Part shown: piece by piece, positions 41,924 through 56,124 of the stretch
Numbering within the stretch: the first letter of the stretch is position 1
Layout of the letters: every line of letters starts with the position of its first letter
Assembly: GCF_026210795.1 (NCBI RefSeq)
Contig: NC_089430.1
Location: 5,890,001 to 5,954,000, forward strand
Length of the DNA stretch: 64,000 nt
Direction: 5' to 3'
From: Rhizophagus irregularis
Lineage: Eukaryota
Translations under genes and position numbers: made by a program
The notes under the pieces: generated by a model
The model's input: the letters and a program-made list of their open reading frames with translations, nothing else
Told to the model about the DNA's origin: nothing
Database searches by the model: none

Positions 41924-43112
41924 CCCGTTTTCGATTAAGAAAAAAAACTTGTCGCGTCTTAAGTTCGCGAATAAATTTTTTTTTCTTGCGGCAATATCTT
42001 TTTTTAGTGCATAATAAGTTAATACGACGACTTAACAGTTAACATGAAAACCTAAAAAGCAATAAGATACCATGAACTAAATAATAAAGCGAACGATCAG
42101 ATTTTGACAGATAAATGGAAGTATATATATATTTTATATAACACAGGGAGGTTATATAAAACGAAGATTTTCAAAATGATTTTCTGTACAAGGATTTATA
42201 ATGAGGACAAGTTTGTCAGGTGTAAAAGCGGAGCCTACAAAAAAGTAAAAAATGACCAATGTGTATAACCATTAGCAGCAATATGTTATGCGACATTTGG
42301 ACTGTCTGTGCTGCCCGATAAATGATACACATACATTTTCAAGTACCAACCAGTATTAATGTTATGTTAATCTCAATTTATTTTTCAATGTGAACTATTA
42401 CTCAATCAATCTTTTGTTTATGATCTTGTGGAAAATTCATTTTATATTAAGACAAGGAGTAAAAAAGATGCAAGATGAGAGACGATAAAGTTTTATTTTA
42501 AGTTATCTTGTGGATCTCTTCGTCATATAGATTTTTGAATCGTAATAATTTTGCATGTTTCAGTTAAAAATAAATAAATTAAATTAAATTTAAATTTAAA
42601 TTTAAATTTTTTTTTTTTTTTTTTGTTCATTTAACCTTGCAGTTATGGAAGTTCTTCAAATATCATCCATCACATTGATGTGGGAATTTTTTAAATGGTT
42701 CCCTTGTGAATTTTTTTTTTAACGTTATAAAAAACCCGTCTTATATCCAGTATTGGAAAAACATGTATTATTGAAAAGGCTTGGGTTATTTCCATTGTTG
42801 GAAAACTCCTTTTTTTTTATTGTCGCATCCACACGGGGAAACAAAATTAATTTAATATGTTTAAAAAAAAAACAGATAATGAGATTATATTTGTGTTAAT
42901 GAATAAAAATTGAATATCTTTTTATTTGTTGGTATCATTGGTCGATAAAATTCCATTAGAAATTGGAATTTTAGAATTCCTTTACGTCACAATGTATCAA
43001 TCAACTGACAACTGTATATACTGTTATATACCGGGTATATCGTAAGCTAAACGTTATTGTGTAACCTAAATGTATAAGAAAAATTATAAATTTCGTACAT
43101 CCCTTACGTATA

Positions 43113-43195
43113 GGTGACTTGGCCGAGTTGGTCTAAGGCGCCGCACTCAAGTTGCGGTCTCGAAAGAGGCGTGAGTTCGAATCTCACAGTCACCA
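43113..43195 (+). tRNA. tRNA-Leu(CAA), intronless
   Basis: GGTGACT/AGTCACC acceptor stem plus discriminator A, D-arm TGGCCGAGTTGGTCTAAGGC, anticodon stem CCGCA/TGCGG with loop CT-CAA-GT, long variable arm, T-loop GTTCGAATC. Confidence 0.96.
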
Positions 43196-43571
43196 TTTAT
43201 CCACTGATTTCTTTTCCTTTTTGGAATAGAATGAGAAGAATGTAATTAAATTTTTGTGATGTTTGTAACTTTGTTTATCCTGTGATTTTTTGAATCAAAC
43301 CCGTACACATAATTACACGACAAATATTTGTCCTACCATGTATTTCAATCAGGCGACCAATCGTATCCGATAATTTGTTATCGTCTAAAGTCTGCTTTTT
43401 TTTATAATTTTTGTTCTCCAATACCCTCAATATACCCAGCGCTTCCGCATAGAGCGAAATCTCACCCCAATACGTTCCTTCTATCTCCCAAATAACTTTT
43501 CTCAGTTTCCAGTTTATTTATCTGAAAAAATTCCACCGGTTGATAATAATTATAAAAAAGTTAAATAAATA

Positions 43572-45432
43572 ATGGCTGCTATCGCCGAGCCTCAAAAGGT
43601 TACCTTCTTTATTTTTTGGTTTGGTTTCAGTAAACCATCATCCGCCATGTTAGAGATACTAAAATCTATTTTCTATTAAACCAAATTTTTTAGATGAATC
43701 TAAATGGTTATGTAGGTTTTGATTCTATCACCCGACAAATTGAAAAGAAGTTACTAAAACGCGGCTTTCAGTTCAACGTAATTGTTGTTGGTATGTTCAA
43801 AGTAAATTTTACATTCGCTCATCCATGGATTTAAAAGGAAACATATTCTAATTTTTTATTTAATTTTGTAATTTCAATCTTCTTGTCTGTTGATATATTA
43901 TAGGCCAAACTGGACTTGGTAAATCAACTCTCATCAACACCATTTTCGCTGCCCACTTGATTGATAGTAAGGGTCGTACTAGCTCCGAGGAACCTTTCAG
44001 GCAAACAACTGAAATTCAAACTGTATCACATTGTATGTAGTTTCGTCTTTACATTTTTATCGAGTGCGGCCTTTATTTTTTTAAAAAAGTTATATTTTAT
44101 ACCGGTTGTTTTGGTATTATGCGTTGTAATTCATATATTACTATCCGCTTTACTCTTGGGATAAGATAATTAATTATTAATTAGTATTCATTCATTTATA
44201 GTAATTGAAGAAAATGGAATTCGTTTGAGACTTAATATTGTTGATACTCCCGGTTATGGTGATCAAGTTAATAATGAAAACTGGTATGTTATAATTTTTT
44301 TTTTTTATATATAACTTTATTATATTATGATACCTAACCTTTTTGACATTTGAAACAGTTGGGAGCCAATTATTAAGTACATTAAAGACCAGCATAGTGC
44401 TTATTTACGCAAAGAACTTACTGCTATGCGTGAACGTTATATTCAAGATACCAGAATTCATTGTTGCTTATTCTTTATTTCTCCAACTGGTCATGCGTAC
44501 GTACTTTAATCTTTAATTCGTTAAACTATTTTATATTGAAATAATTTATTTATCTATCTATTTATTTATTTTTTCCTAATCAACTTTAGACTGAAACCTA
44601 TTGACATTGTGGTACTTAGAAAACTTTCTGAAGTTGTCAATGTCGTTCCAGTCATTGCCAAATCTGATTCTTTGACAATGGAAGAACGTGTGGCCTTCAA
44701 ACAAAGAGTATGTTAGACGTACATGATATAATTAACTGTCTAATTTTTATTCGTGACTTAATTTAGTTTTTATCCCGTTATATAGATAAAGTCCGAATTA
44801 GCCTTTCATAATATCAAGTTATATCCTTATGATTCTGATGAGCTTGATGATGATGAGCGGGCACTCAACGAACGTATCAAGGTGATTATACTTTTTTTTT
44901 TGTTTGTCCGGTTTATAAACAAATCGAATTTAACATTATATTCTTATTAAAATAGCAAATGATCCCATTCGCTATTGTTGGATCTGAAAAAAATGTAGTA
45001 ATTGATGGTAAATCCGTTCGCGGGCGAAGAAATCGATGGGGTGTTATTAATGGTAAATTAATATTTAACCGATCTATTTAAATTATTTAAATAGTAATTT
45101 AATGCTAATATTTAACGTATACATTATTTCAGTGGAAAATGAAGATCATTGTGAATTTGTCCATCTTCGAGATTTTCTCACACGGTAAGTTAACATATGA
45201 CTTAAAAAGCTATTTTTTCTTTTGATATTTATACTAAACATCCTTGTTATCGATAACTTCCAGAACCCACCTTCAGGATCTTATTGAAACTACTGCTCAA
45301 ATTCATTATGAGGCATTCCGTTCAAAACAATTGTTGGCTTTGAAAGAAACCAGTAGCAAGCAACATGAACAACAGCAACAACAATCACAACCTGTGCAGC
45401 CGCAAGTAGGACCTGGTGGACCAGTTATTTAA
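43572..45432 (+). CDS. CDC10: Septin (Cdc10/AspD group), multi-exon
   Basis: Spliced YVGFDSITRQIEKKLLKRGFQFNVIVVGQTGLGKSTLINT, IVDTPGYGD, VIAKSD, RGRRNRWG, HYEAFR. No C-terminal coiled coil. Confidence 0.9.
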
Positions 45433-46140
45433 AATAGAACAACGTAAAAAAAAAGATTGAAAATTCAAGGGGGTAAAGGAGGTAACGGGTAATGTGGGTT
45501 TTAGAAATTATATTGTATTTTCTTATTTTTAGAATATATTTCATAAATTACTTCACTTTTTTTAACTTACCGTAACTTTTTCCTTGATATATTTTGTTTG
45601 AAATTTATTTATATTTCATTTTTGTTTAAATAATTTTGTTTAGAACTTTGGATATTTATACGTCATTATTTTTATATATTTATTATTATCTTGATATATG
45701 ATAAGCAGAATGTATACTCGGAATTTAATATTTAATTTTATTTTGAAATCCGAGTGATGAAAGATCATTTTATTGTTGGGAAACCTTTAAAATTATTTAT
45801 CAATACTTTAATCTGCAAACAAATATTAATAATATTTTTTTTTCATTTTCTTTGAATTAACCCATTTTATTGTACCCAATTTTTTATTTGAATTAAAAAA
45901 AAATCACTAATTATCTAATAAATTATATTATAAAAATTAAAATTATAATAGTTTTGTTCAACATAAATTACATCATTAGTATGACATTTAAAATAGCTAT
46001 TGATTTACCCAATAATTTCCTGTGCGTTTACCATGCGTAATAGTCAATGATCAATCGCAAATTTGACATCGCATCAAAAAAATTATTGTTCTATGTAAAT
46101 AAAGATATTCAAAAAAAAAAAAAATTTCTGATATTTCACA

Positions 46141-48098
46141 ATGGGCAAAGGAAGCCGAACAAAGGTTTCAACAGCTCAGAATTTTCAACTATCTACTTCT
46201 GAAAGCTCTAGCGATCATTTTACTAGTTCGGCTATGAAAGTAGAACAAGAGGGACCTGCTAAAAAACAGCGATATGTATCAAAGCGAAGAGAAGACGATC
46301 CAGGCTGGAAAGAAGAGGAGCCTCCGTATTACTTTCTTTTTACCACATATTTATCATATTTAGTACTTATTTGTTTTGGTCATCTGCGAGATTTTTTTGG
46401 AAAAAGATTTTTAAGCAAAAATTATAAACACTTGAAAGAACAGAATGTAAGTCTATTGTGCTTAAAAAGATGAATTTTTTTAATTCATATGATAACTGAC
46501 TTCTAATTTACGATAGGGATATGCACCATTAAATTCTGATTTTGATAATTTTTATGTTCGTAGATTAAAATTAAGAATTAATGATTGTTTCAATCGACCA
46601 GTTACAGGAGTTCCAGGAAGAAAAATTACCTTATTAGAAAGAGAAACCAAAGATTATTGTAAAACATTTCAATTAACAGGAACTAAAAGAGATTGTTTAA
46701 ATTTAAGTAGTTATAATTATTTAGGATTTGCACAAAGTCAAGGACCTTGTGCTGATGCAGTTGAACAAACAGTTAGAAAGTATGGAATTTCGACATGTAG
46801 CCCTAGAAATGAAGTTGGTATGAAAAAAAAAAAAAATTTAATTATTAAATTCCTATATTCAATTTAGTTTATATTTATTTTCTTCATTTTTAGGAACATC
46901 AAATTTACATCTACAAGTTGAATCATTGGTAGCAAAATTTGTAGGAAAGCCAGCAGCAATGCTTATTTCAATGGGATATGCTACTAATAGTACAACAATA
47001 CCAGCATTGGCATCAAAGGGATGCCTCATAATTTCTGATGAACTTAACCATAGTTCTATAGTATTTGGTAGTCGTCTTGCTGGGGCTTTTATTAGAGTAT
47101 TTAAACATAATAATATGACAGATTTAGAATCCTTGTTGAAAGAATGTATTAGTCAAGGTCAACCACGTACACATCGACCATGGAAAAAAATACTTTTAAT
47201 TGTGGAGGGATTATATTCCATGGAAGGAAGTATATGTAATCTTCCAAAAATCATCGAATTAAAAAAGAAATATAAGGTAAATATTTAACCTTCTTATATA
47301 AAAGAAAGAAATTTTTTCTATTGGTCTCACATTCTTCTCTTTTTTAAAAGTTTTATTTATACGTGGATGAAGCGCATAGCATTGGAGCACTAGGACCACA
47401 TGGAAGGGGAGTGTGTGATTATTATGGAATAGATCCTAATGAAGTTGATATATTAATGGGAACGCTTACAAAATCATTTGGAGCAGCAGGAGGATATATA
47501 GCAGCAGACAAAAATATCATCAATCATTTACGACTTACAAATCATGCTACTATATATGCAGAATCAATGACTCCAATTGTACTTCAACAGATATATACTT
47601 CAATGTCTATTATAATGGGAGAAGATGGAACGAATGAAGGACAAGAAAGATTAGAAAGATTAGCATTTAACTCAAGATATTTAAGTACTAATTTGAGAAG
47701 ATTAGGGTTTATTGTTTATGGCGACCGTGATTCACCCATTATACCTCTTTTATTATTTAATCCTGCAAAAATTCCGTAAGTATAGATGATGTTTTTTTTT
47801 CTTTTGAGAATATATATTTAATTAATAAAATTGTCTTAATAATATTATTTTCTATAGGGCATTTTCTAGAGAATGTCTAAAGAGAAATTTAGCAGTTGTA
47901 GTTGTTGCATATCCAGCTACACCAATGATATCATCAAGAGCAAGATTTTGTATATCAGCAGCACATACAAAAGAAGATATTGATGAAATATTAAAAATAT
48001 GTAATGAGATAGGGGACATATTACAACTTAAATTATCAAGTAACAAAATTCGATATACAATTGAAGAAGTTTTAAGGGATGGGGAAAATAATTTATAA
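46141..48098 (+). CDS. LCB2: Serine palmitoyltransferase subunit 2
   Basis: [40 protein letters not shown] and PLP-lysine motif GTLTKSFG. Confidence 0.93.
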
Positions 48099-48316
48099 TG
48101 ATATAATAATGATAATAGAATTTTTTTTATTTTACTATATGTATTATTTCTTAAACGTATTTATTTAATGGTAATAATAATAAAATAATAAAAAAGATAA
48201 CAAATAATAATATGATTTTACTGATTATCAGATCTACAGTAAATATGCAGATCGACCGATTTAAGTATTTTACTGTATAAGTAGTGTACTAAATATTATC
48301 TCTGATGATTTTTCCG

Positions 48317-49397
48317 ATGAGTGAACTAAAATTTCGTTTTAAATATCATGTAAATTCGCCGAAGGAATTGGAATACAATAGCAAACATGTACAGGATTTA
48401 TTAGAAAAATGGTATATGTAAACATATGACTAATAAGACAATATATGTATTTACTTTTTTACCATACCTTATCACTTACTTTACCACCTTAGGGGAATGA
48501 AACGACATAGTTATATAAAAAGATTTATTTATGAAGAATATTTTGATAATGAAAAAGACGAAAATTTTTTTTTTTTGGAATTTTTTAACGAAGAAAATGT
48601 GAGAAAAGAATTTAAAGTACAATCTGATCAAAATAATTGGAATGATTTAAATGAAAAAATTCATGATATTGTATATGAGAAAGTACCTTGTAACGTTACA
48701 ACATTAAATTTTTTTGATAGGTTATACGATGCAGGTAAATTTTCATTATTAAGTGTTTATACTAATAATTATTTATTTTATACTAAATTTATTTCTTCAT
48801 TACTACAATTAGGAATAGTAAGACGAGAGAGTGGAGCGATAGTTAAAACATCTCCAATATATTTAGAAGAGAATATATCAACACCAATAATGATAACAGA
48901 TGAATTAAGAAAACTATTATTAATATTTGATTCACCACATTATAATATATTCAGTATAGAAGATCGAAATGAATTTATATTTAGAATATTTAAATCAATT
49001 TGTTTAGGTGGCGATGTTTGTCAATTTGAAGATTTAATTATAGAATACTTAAATGTATTGAAAAAAATTTATAAAGATTTAATAAGGTATGTATAATAAT
49101 ATATGTGTGCGTAATCATTAGAAAGTTACTTTGGTAAATAATATTAACATTATTATTTTACATATATACATTATATAATTTTATAGTGTACAAAAAAATG
49201 AAGAAACCGGCGATCTAATAATTAAATCTTTTGTTTATAAAATAATTAATTTAAGTAATAATAGTTTATTTCCCCCTTCTACTACTACTATTACAAATGA
49301 TAATATTAATTGTAACAATTTTTGTTATATGACTATTGATCCCGTTAACAGGTGGGTAAATATTTGGTATCATGCTGCTTATGAATATCTATGTTAG
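48317..49397 (+). CDS. CFAP300: CFAP300 (C11orf70/DUF4498) homolog, 4 exons (48317-48411, 48493-48734, 48813-49086, 49187-49397)
   Basis: LLEKWGM, VPC....NFFDRL, DELRKLLL, DRNEFIFRIFKSICLGGDVCQFED, KKIYKDLISVQKN and FCY.TIDP..R....WYH match the CFAP300 motif order as I recall it. Introns splice in frame. Confidence 0.85.
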
Positions 49398-49630
49398 CTG
49401 AATGGACCAATATTTTAGTATTTTTAGTCAGATTAATATTAGATTCGTACAAGTTTTTAGCGTAGTAAAAGATTTTCATTATTCATACTGTATTTTCAAA
49501 TATTAATTAAAATTCATTTACTTGAACTTTAAAATTACAATTTTAGCAGATTTTAAAAACGATTATTTTTTAATTAATTAATTTTTTATTTATTTATAAA
49601 AACTCCAATTTTACGGTTAAAAGTGGGGCT

Positions 49631-51826
49631 TTACTTAATTTCTTCTTTTTTATTTACCCTCCAAATTGAATCAGCAACTTTAACCACATCCAACATTTCT
49701 TTAACATCATGTACTCTAAGGATATCCACATCAGCCGAAATAGCGGCAGTACAAGCAGCAGCAGTACCCCAATTTCTATTTTGAGGAATAGGTTGATCAA
49801 TAACCTTACCAATAAAATTTTTCCTACTTGCACCAATCAAACTAGGAAACCCTTCAAGCAAACTATTTTTTCCATTAAATTCTTTTAATCTCTTTAATAT
49901 TTCTAGATTTTGATCGAATTTTTTTGCAAAACCAATACCAGGATCAATTATAATATTCCAACGCTTTACACCAGCATTGATTGCAGCTTTAACCCTTTCA
50001 TATAATTCATTAGATATATCTAATATAAGATCATTATAATCAGTTAATTGATTCATGGTTTTAGGAGTACCTCTCATATGTTGAAGGATAATTGGTAAAT
50101 TATATTTAGCAGAAATAGAATAAATTTTTTCATCTAATAAACCACCAGAAATATCATTAATTATATTAGCACCATTTTGGATGGCTTTCTCAGCTACTTC
50201 AGAATGAAAAGTATCTATTGATATAGGGATATTCGAAAGAGTATTATTAGAAGAAGAACGAATCGCTCTTATAACGGGTAATACACGATTAATTTCTTCT
50301 TCAATAGGAACATCATCAGCATCAGGACGGGTAGAACAACCACCTATATCTAATATATCAGCGCCTTCTTCAACTAATTTCAACGCGTGAGAAAGAGCAG
50401 AATCAACGTTAATGTATAATCCACCATCAGAGAATGAATCAGGAGTAACGTTAATTATACCCATTATAAAAGTTTTTGTAGACCATTTTAATATTTTGTC
50501 ATTTTTAATTGGTAATATTCTATTTACAAAATTATCAGGAGAATAAGAAGGACTTTTCAAGTAATGAGAAAGTAATTGGCCACAGGTTCTAAATAATTTT
50601 GGATGTTCAAATCCTTTTTCAATGTCACATAATGGTCTTAATACAAATTCTCTTTCACTCATTAATTGATGTGGAATAGTGAGAGAAGAAGAAACATATT
50701 CAATATCATCATAAAATAGTATATCCAAATCAATTGGCCTTTGACCATATCGTATCGTTTGAGTTCTTCCCATATTTGATTCAATATTCTTTAATTTTAC
50801 TAATAATTCTTCAGGATCTAAATTGGTTACAATTTTACAAGCAGCATTAATAAAATTTGGTTGATCCACTACATACATTGGAGACGTTTCATACAAGAAT
50901 GAAGTATCTAGTATTCTACATTCTGGTTCAAATAGTCTTAATGCCTCATTAATATTTTCAACACAATTGCCCATATTTGATCCTAGTCCAATATAAGCCA
51001 AATGATTGTATCCTTCAGGAATATCTTTATTATTGGCACTTCTATTTTGAGGAGAAGAAATATTTTTATTAAAAAATGTTTGACTTCTTATAATTTCTAC
51101 TCCTGCAGAAGCAGCAAACATTAAAGCGCTTGGTTTTTCCACTTTTATTGTAATTTTATTAACATGACATTCCGTTATTGCAATACGAGCAATAGAAGTA
51201 GCAAATGCTTCAACTGTTTTATATTTTGACTCTTCAACATGTTTTGAAACAGTTCTAACTATTGTTCTATAATTATGTGGTTTAATAACATAATCTTTGC
51301 CAGAATCCACCTTATATGTCGGATAAATAGTTAAATTAACTATAACGCTTTGTTTCTCTTCTCTTTCCCATGGATTAATTCCTATAATAGCATTCAATCT
51401 TAAATCTTGTACAAATATTCTATCATCATATTCATTACCACCGCTCTGTGATTTTGATAATTCGTCGTAATCCTCTTTGGTGCGTGTTATTTCTACCCCT
51501 GCACATTTTGCATGTAATAATGCTTTTGGTTTCTCTAGTCGAATATTAACTTTTGATATATGGAATTCTGTTATACATAATTTTGCAATTGCATCCGCCA
51601 ATGCTTCAATAGATTTAAAGGAACTTTCCTCCGAGAATTTTGTGATACTTTTAGTAATAGAACTATAATCAATTGAATATGGTAAATGGTCCGTATCTCC
51701 CGCTTTTGATATGTCTGTATAAATTATTAAATTTATTATTACTGGTTGCTTTTTTACTCTTTCCCAAGAATCAACTCCTATTATATTGTGAACTTCTAAA
51801 TCTTTTATTATTATTTTGTCTTCCAT
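49631..51826 (-). CDS. FOL1: Trifunctional folate synthesis protein (2x DHNA - HPPK - DHPS)
   Basis: Two DHNA repeats (IIGV/IIGI..WER, EKP.AL), HPPK motifs AYIGLGSN / RPIDLDIL / LTIPH, DHPS motifs MGIINVTPDSFSDGG, DPGIGFAK, SRKNF, LRVHDV. Confidence 0.96.
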   Translation of the reverse strand: MEDKIIIKDLEVHNIIGVDSWERVKKQPVIINLIIYTDISKAGDTDHLPYSIDYSSITKSITKFSEESSFKSIEALADAIAKLCITEFHISKVNIRLEKPKALLHAKCAGVEITRTKEDYDELSKSQSGGNEYDDRIFVQDLRLNAIIGINPWEREEKQSVIVNLTIYPTYKVDSGKDYVIKPHNYRTIVRTVSKHVEESKYKTVEAFATSIARIAITECHVNKITIKVEKPSALMFAASAGVEIIRSQTFFNKNISSPQNRSANNKDIPEGYNHLAYIGLGSNMGNCVENINEALRLFEPECRILDTSFLYETSPMYVVDQPNFINAACKIVTNLDPEELLVKLKNIESNMGRTQTIRYGQRPIDLDILFYDDIEYVSSSLTIPHQLMSEREFVLRPLCDIEKGFEHPKLFRTCGQLLSHYLKSPSYSPDNFVNRILPIKNDKILKWSTKTFIMGIINVTPDSFSDGGLYINVDSALSHALKLVEEGADILDIGGCSTRPDADDVPIEEEINRVLPVIRAIRSSSNNTLSNIPISIDTFHSEVAEKAIQNGANIINDISGGLLDEKIYSISAKYNLPIILQHMRGTPKTMNQLTDYNDLILDISNELYERVKAAINAGVKRWNIIIDPGIGFAKKFDQNLEILKRLKEFNGKNSLLEGFPSLIGASRKNFIGKVIDQPIPQNRNWGTAAACTAAISADVDILRVHDVKEMLDVVKVADSIWRVNKKEEIK

Positions 51827-52050
51827 TTTTTGAGGCGTAAGTGCTTAGAGAAGACCCAAATATATATATATATAGATATAAATAGATAGATTAATAAATT
51901 CTTTCACATATGAGTAAATTTTTTCTCGTTCGAGAATTATACCCGTTGTATATATATGTAATGATTATCAACTTAGTATGTACGATGATCTATGTCATCA
52001 TTAATTTAAAACTTCTGTAACACTTAGTATCGTTACTTTTTTTTCGCTAG

Positions 52051-53789
<1,739 letters not shown>

Positions 53790-53854
53790 GAAAAATATGA
53801 TGGAGAAAGTACCAATATAATTAAAGCATGGAATTATGTGTTAGTATATTTTTA

Positions 53855-53887
<33 letters not shown>

Positions 53888-54652
53888 CACAATTTTTTTA
53901 ATTAATTTTTCTTTCTTGTCCATAAAAAAAAATTTTTTTGTAATTTAAATCAAATCAATAAAATATTTATTTACAAAATTCTTTAAAATCTAAATTAGCA
54001 TAATTGAGACTTCAATCTGCTTGTAATAAATCAATCTAATTTTCTACCAATTTACCATTGATAATATTCAAGGTAGTTGCTAACACTTATATTACATAAA
54101 GTTCTAATTTGGTAATTTACTAAATCAATAACGAGGATTTTTTTCACATTTTTAGATGTCTTTTATGATCTTCAGTTCCTTATCGACCTTCTCTTGTTCA
54201 TTTTGTTAGTGACGTGAATACGATTATACGAATGCAAGGCTTTTTGCATAAATTATTCCTTAGAAAATAAATTTAAAGATAATTAAAAGATTTCGTAATT
54301 TAATACATAATATAGAAAAAAATTTTCTTTTTTGCATTTTCACTAAATGAATGAACATACTGTTAAAACTAATCATCCATAGGAATAATTCAGTTCCGCC
54401 TAAAATCCTCCTATTTATTATTTCATATAATAATTTTTCGTTTTATAACTTTGGAACAGCGTCAATATTGCCATCATATTTCCTATTAGATATTTTTTCC
54501 CATTAAAGAATAACCGATAAACCTTAGCATCAACTCCGTTATGATTTATGTATAGGATATATAATTAGCGTTCTGATCGAAGTCACGTGATTTCACGTCA
54601 AAAAATATTCCGATACCAAAATATAAATTTAAATTGGCAATTTCTATTTGTA

Positions 54653-55020
54653 CACGGGGTGTTTGAACCCGGGTCATGTGATTATTGCCATTTTGGCTAA
54701 TAGCATAAACTTCAAAATTAGTAGATAAATGGATTTTTTCCTGCTCTACAAGTTTACCTAAGGCATCAAAGGTGCTTTTGAATGTCAGTTTTGACTTTAC
54801 CTATGAATAATTGATTTTGCCGATCACTCTTAAAAAATTTAGGAAATGATCGGCAAAGACAGTTTTTCATATATAAGTCAAAAACGGCATTCAAAACCCC
54901 CATTGATGCCTTAAGTAAATTTGCAGAGCAGTCAAAAATACATTATATTACATAGAAAAAGTAAAGGGTGTGACATTGGTGTCATTATATTTCACATGAC
55001 CCGTGTTCAAACACCCCGTG
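54653..55020. mobile_element. Foldback MITE (368 bp), TA target (Tc1/mariner-type)
   Basis: cacggggtgtttgaacccgggtcatgtga / tcacatgacccgtgttcaaacaccccgtg TIRs with TA on both flanks. The interior (~54735-54940) is also imperfectly palindromic. Confidence 0.88.
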
Positions 55021-55560
55021 TAAACTTTGATTTAGTCTTTCCTTTTATCTTTCTTTCATGTACTAATTTTTAATTTTAGAATAGATAACATAAAAATAGG
55101 ATTTACGTAGAGATTGACCGGTTCTTAAACAACGTCGAGAGATGACGAAGTTTTAATTCTAGTATTCTTTACATTAGTGGATCCTAGATAGTTTTTCTAT
55201 TCAAATAGTTTAACATTAGTTAGGTCAAGTTTGGCTATAGGACAGGTTTAGTATTTATTTTAAAATTTTTGTAATGTGTCTTTTAGTGCTAAAAAATGTT
55301 ATAGGGTTGTCACGTGATTTGCACGGACGGCTCTAAGTGTCTTATGTATTTGGGATACTATAAATATATTTAAATCCTGCATTAAAAATAATAATAATAA
55401 TAATTAGCGTTCTGACCCATTAATACCGCAAATATATGAATCTTGACCCGTCACGGAGTTCACGTACGTAAAACTTGACCACGTTGTCGATCCTATTCAT
55501 GGTATTGTAAAACATATGTGATCGATAATGTGCAGTGGGGTCAAGATTCATATTGCCATA

Positions 55561-55931
55561 CATTGTCAATTTGTGACTCATCCTGACTCTGTTCTTGTAG
55601 CTCAAGCAAAAAAATGATTTATTTTATTTATTTTTATTTTATTACTAAAAGAGTAGTAGAGACTATTACAAATAAAAGTAGGTATCATAGCAATTCGAAG
55701 AAGAGACTAAAAACTAATATGCGTGTATAGAACTCCGCCCTTCATCCCGTACGGGACCTCACTCTTCGGTCAGAACTATTTGATAAAGTAGGACTACGCT
55801 AATTAATCAAATGGGAAGCAAAAAAATGATGTAATATATAAGTAATATAATATGATTACTGTAATATATCACGTGTTAGAGTAAGTCCTAAGCATTGTCA
55901 ATTTGTGACTCACCCTGACTCTGTTCTTGTA
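55561..55931. repeat. 39-bp direct repeat pair
   Basis: cattgtcaatttgtgactca(t/c)cctgactctgttcttgta at 55561-55599 and 55893-55931 (38/39 identical). Confidence 0.9.
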
Positions 55932-56124
55932 TGAGATTTCTTTTGTTTTCCAAAAGTAAAACAAGTAAATTTCTATCTTGCCACTTTTTGTAAGCTTGGT
56001 CCTGGTTAGATGACATTAAAAAAATGACATTAAAGGAAAATGTGCGAGAAAGTTTATTTATAATATATATATATATTACTATTTCGAAATGATAGGAATA
56101 GCCAACGAAAAATTTTTTATGTAG

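Noticed and set aside
55420..55605. 61-aa - strand ORF upstream of the deaminase locus
   Set aside because: Short, no recognisable motif or splice partners, and its start overlaps the 39-bp repeat.
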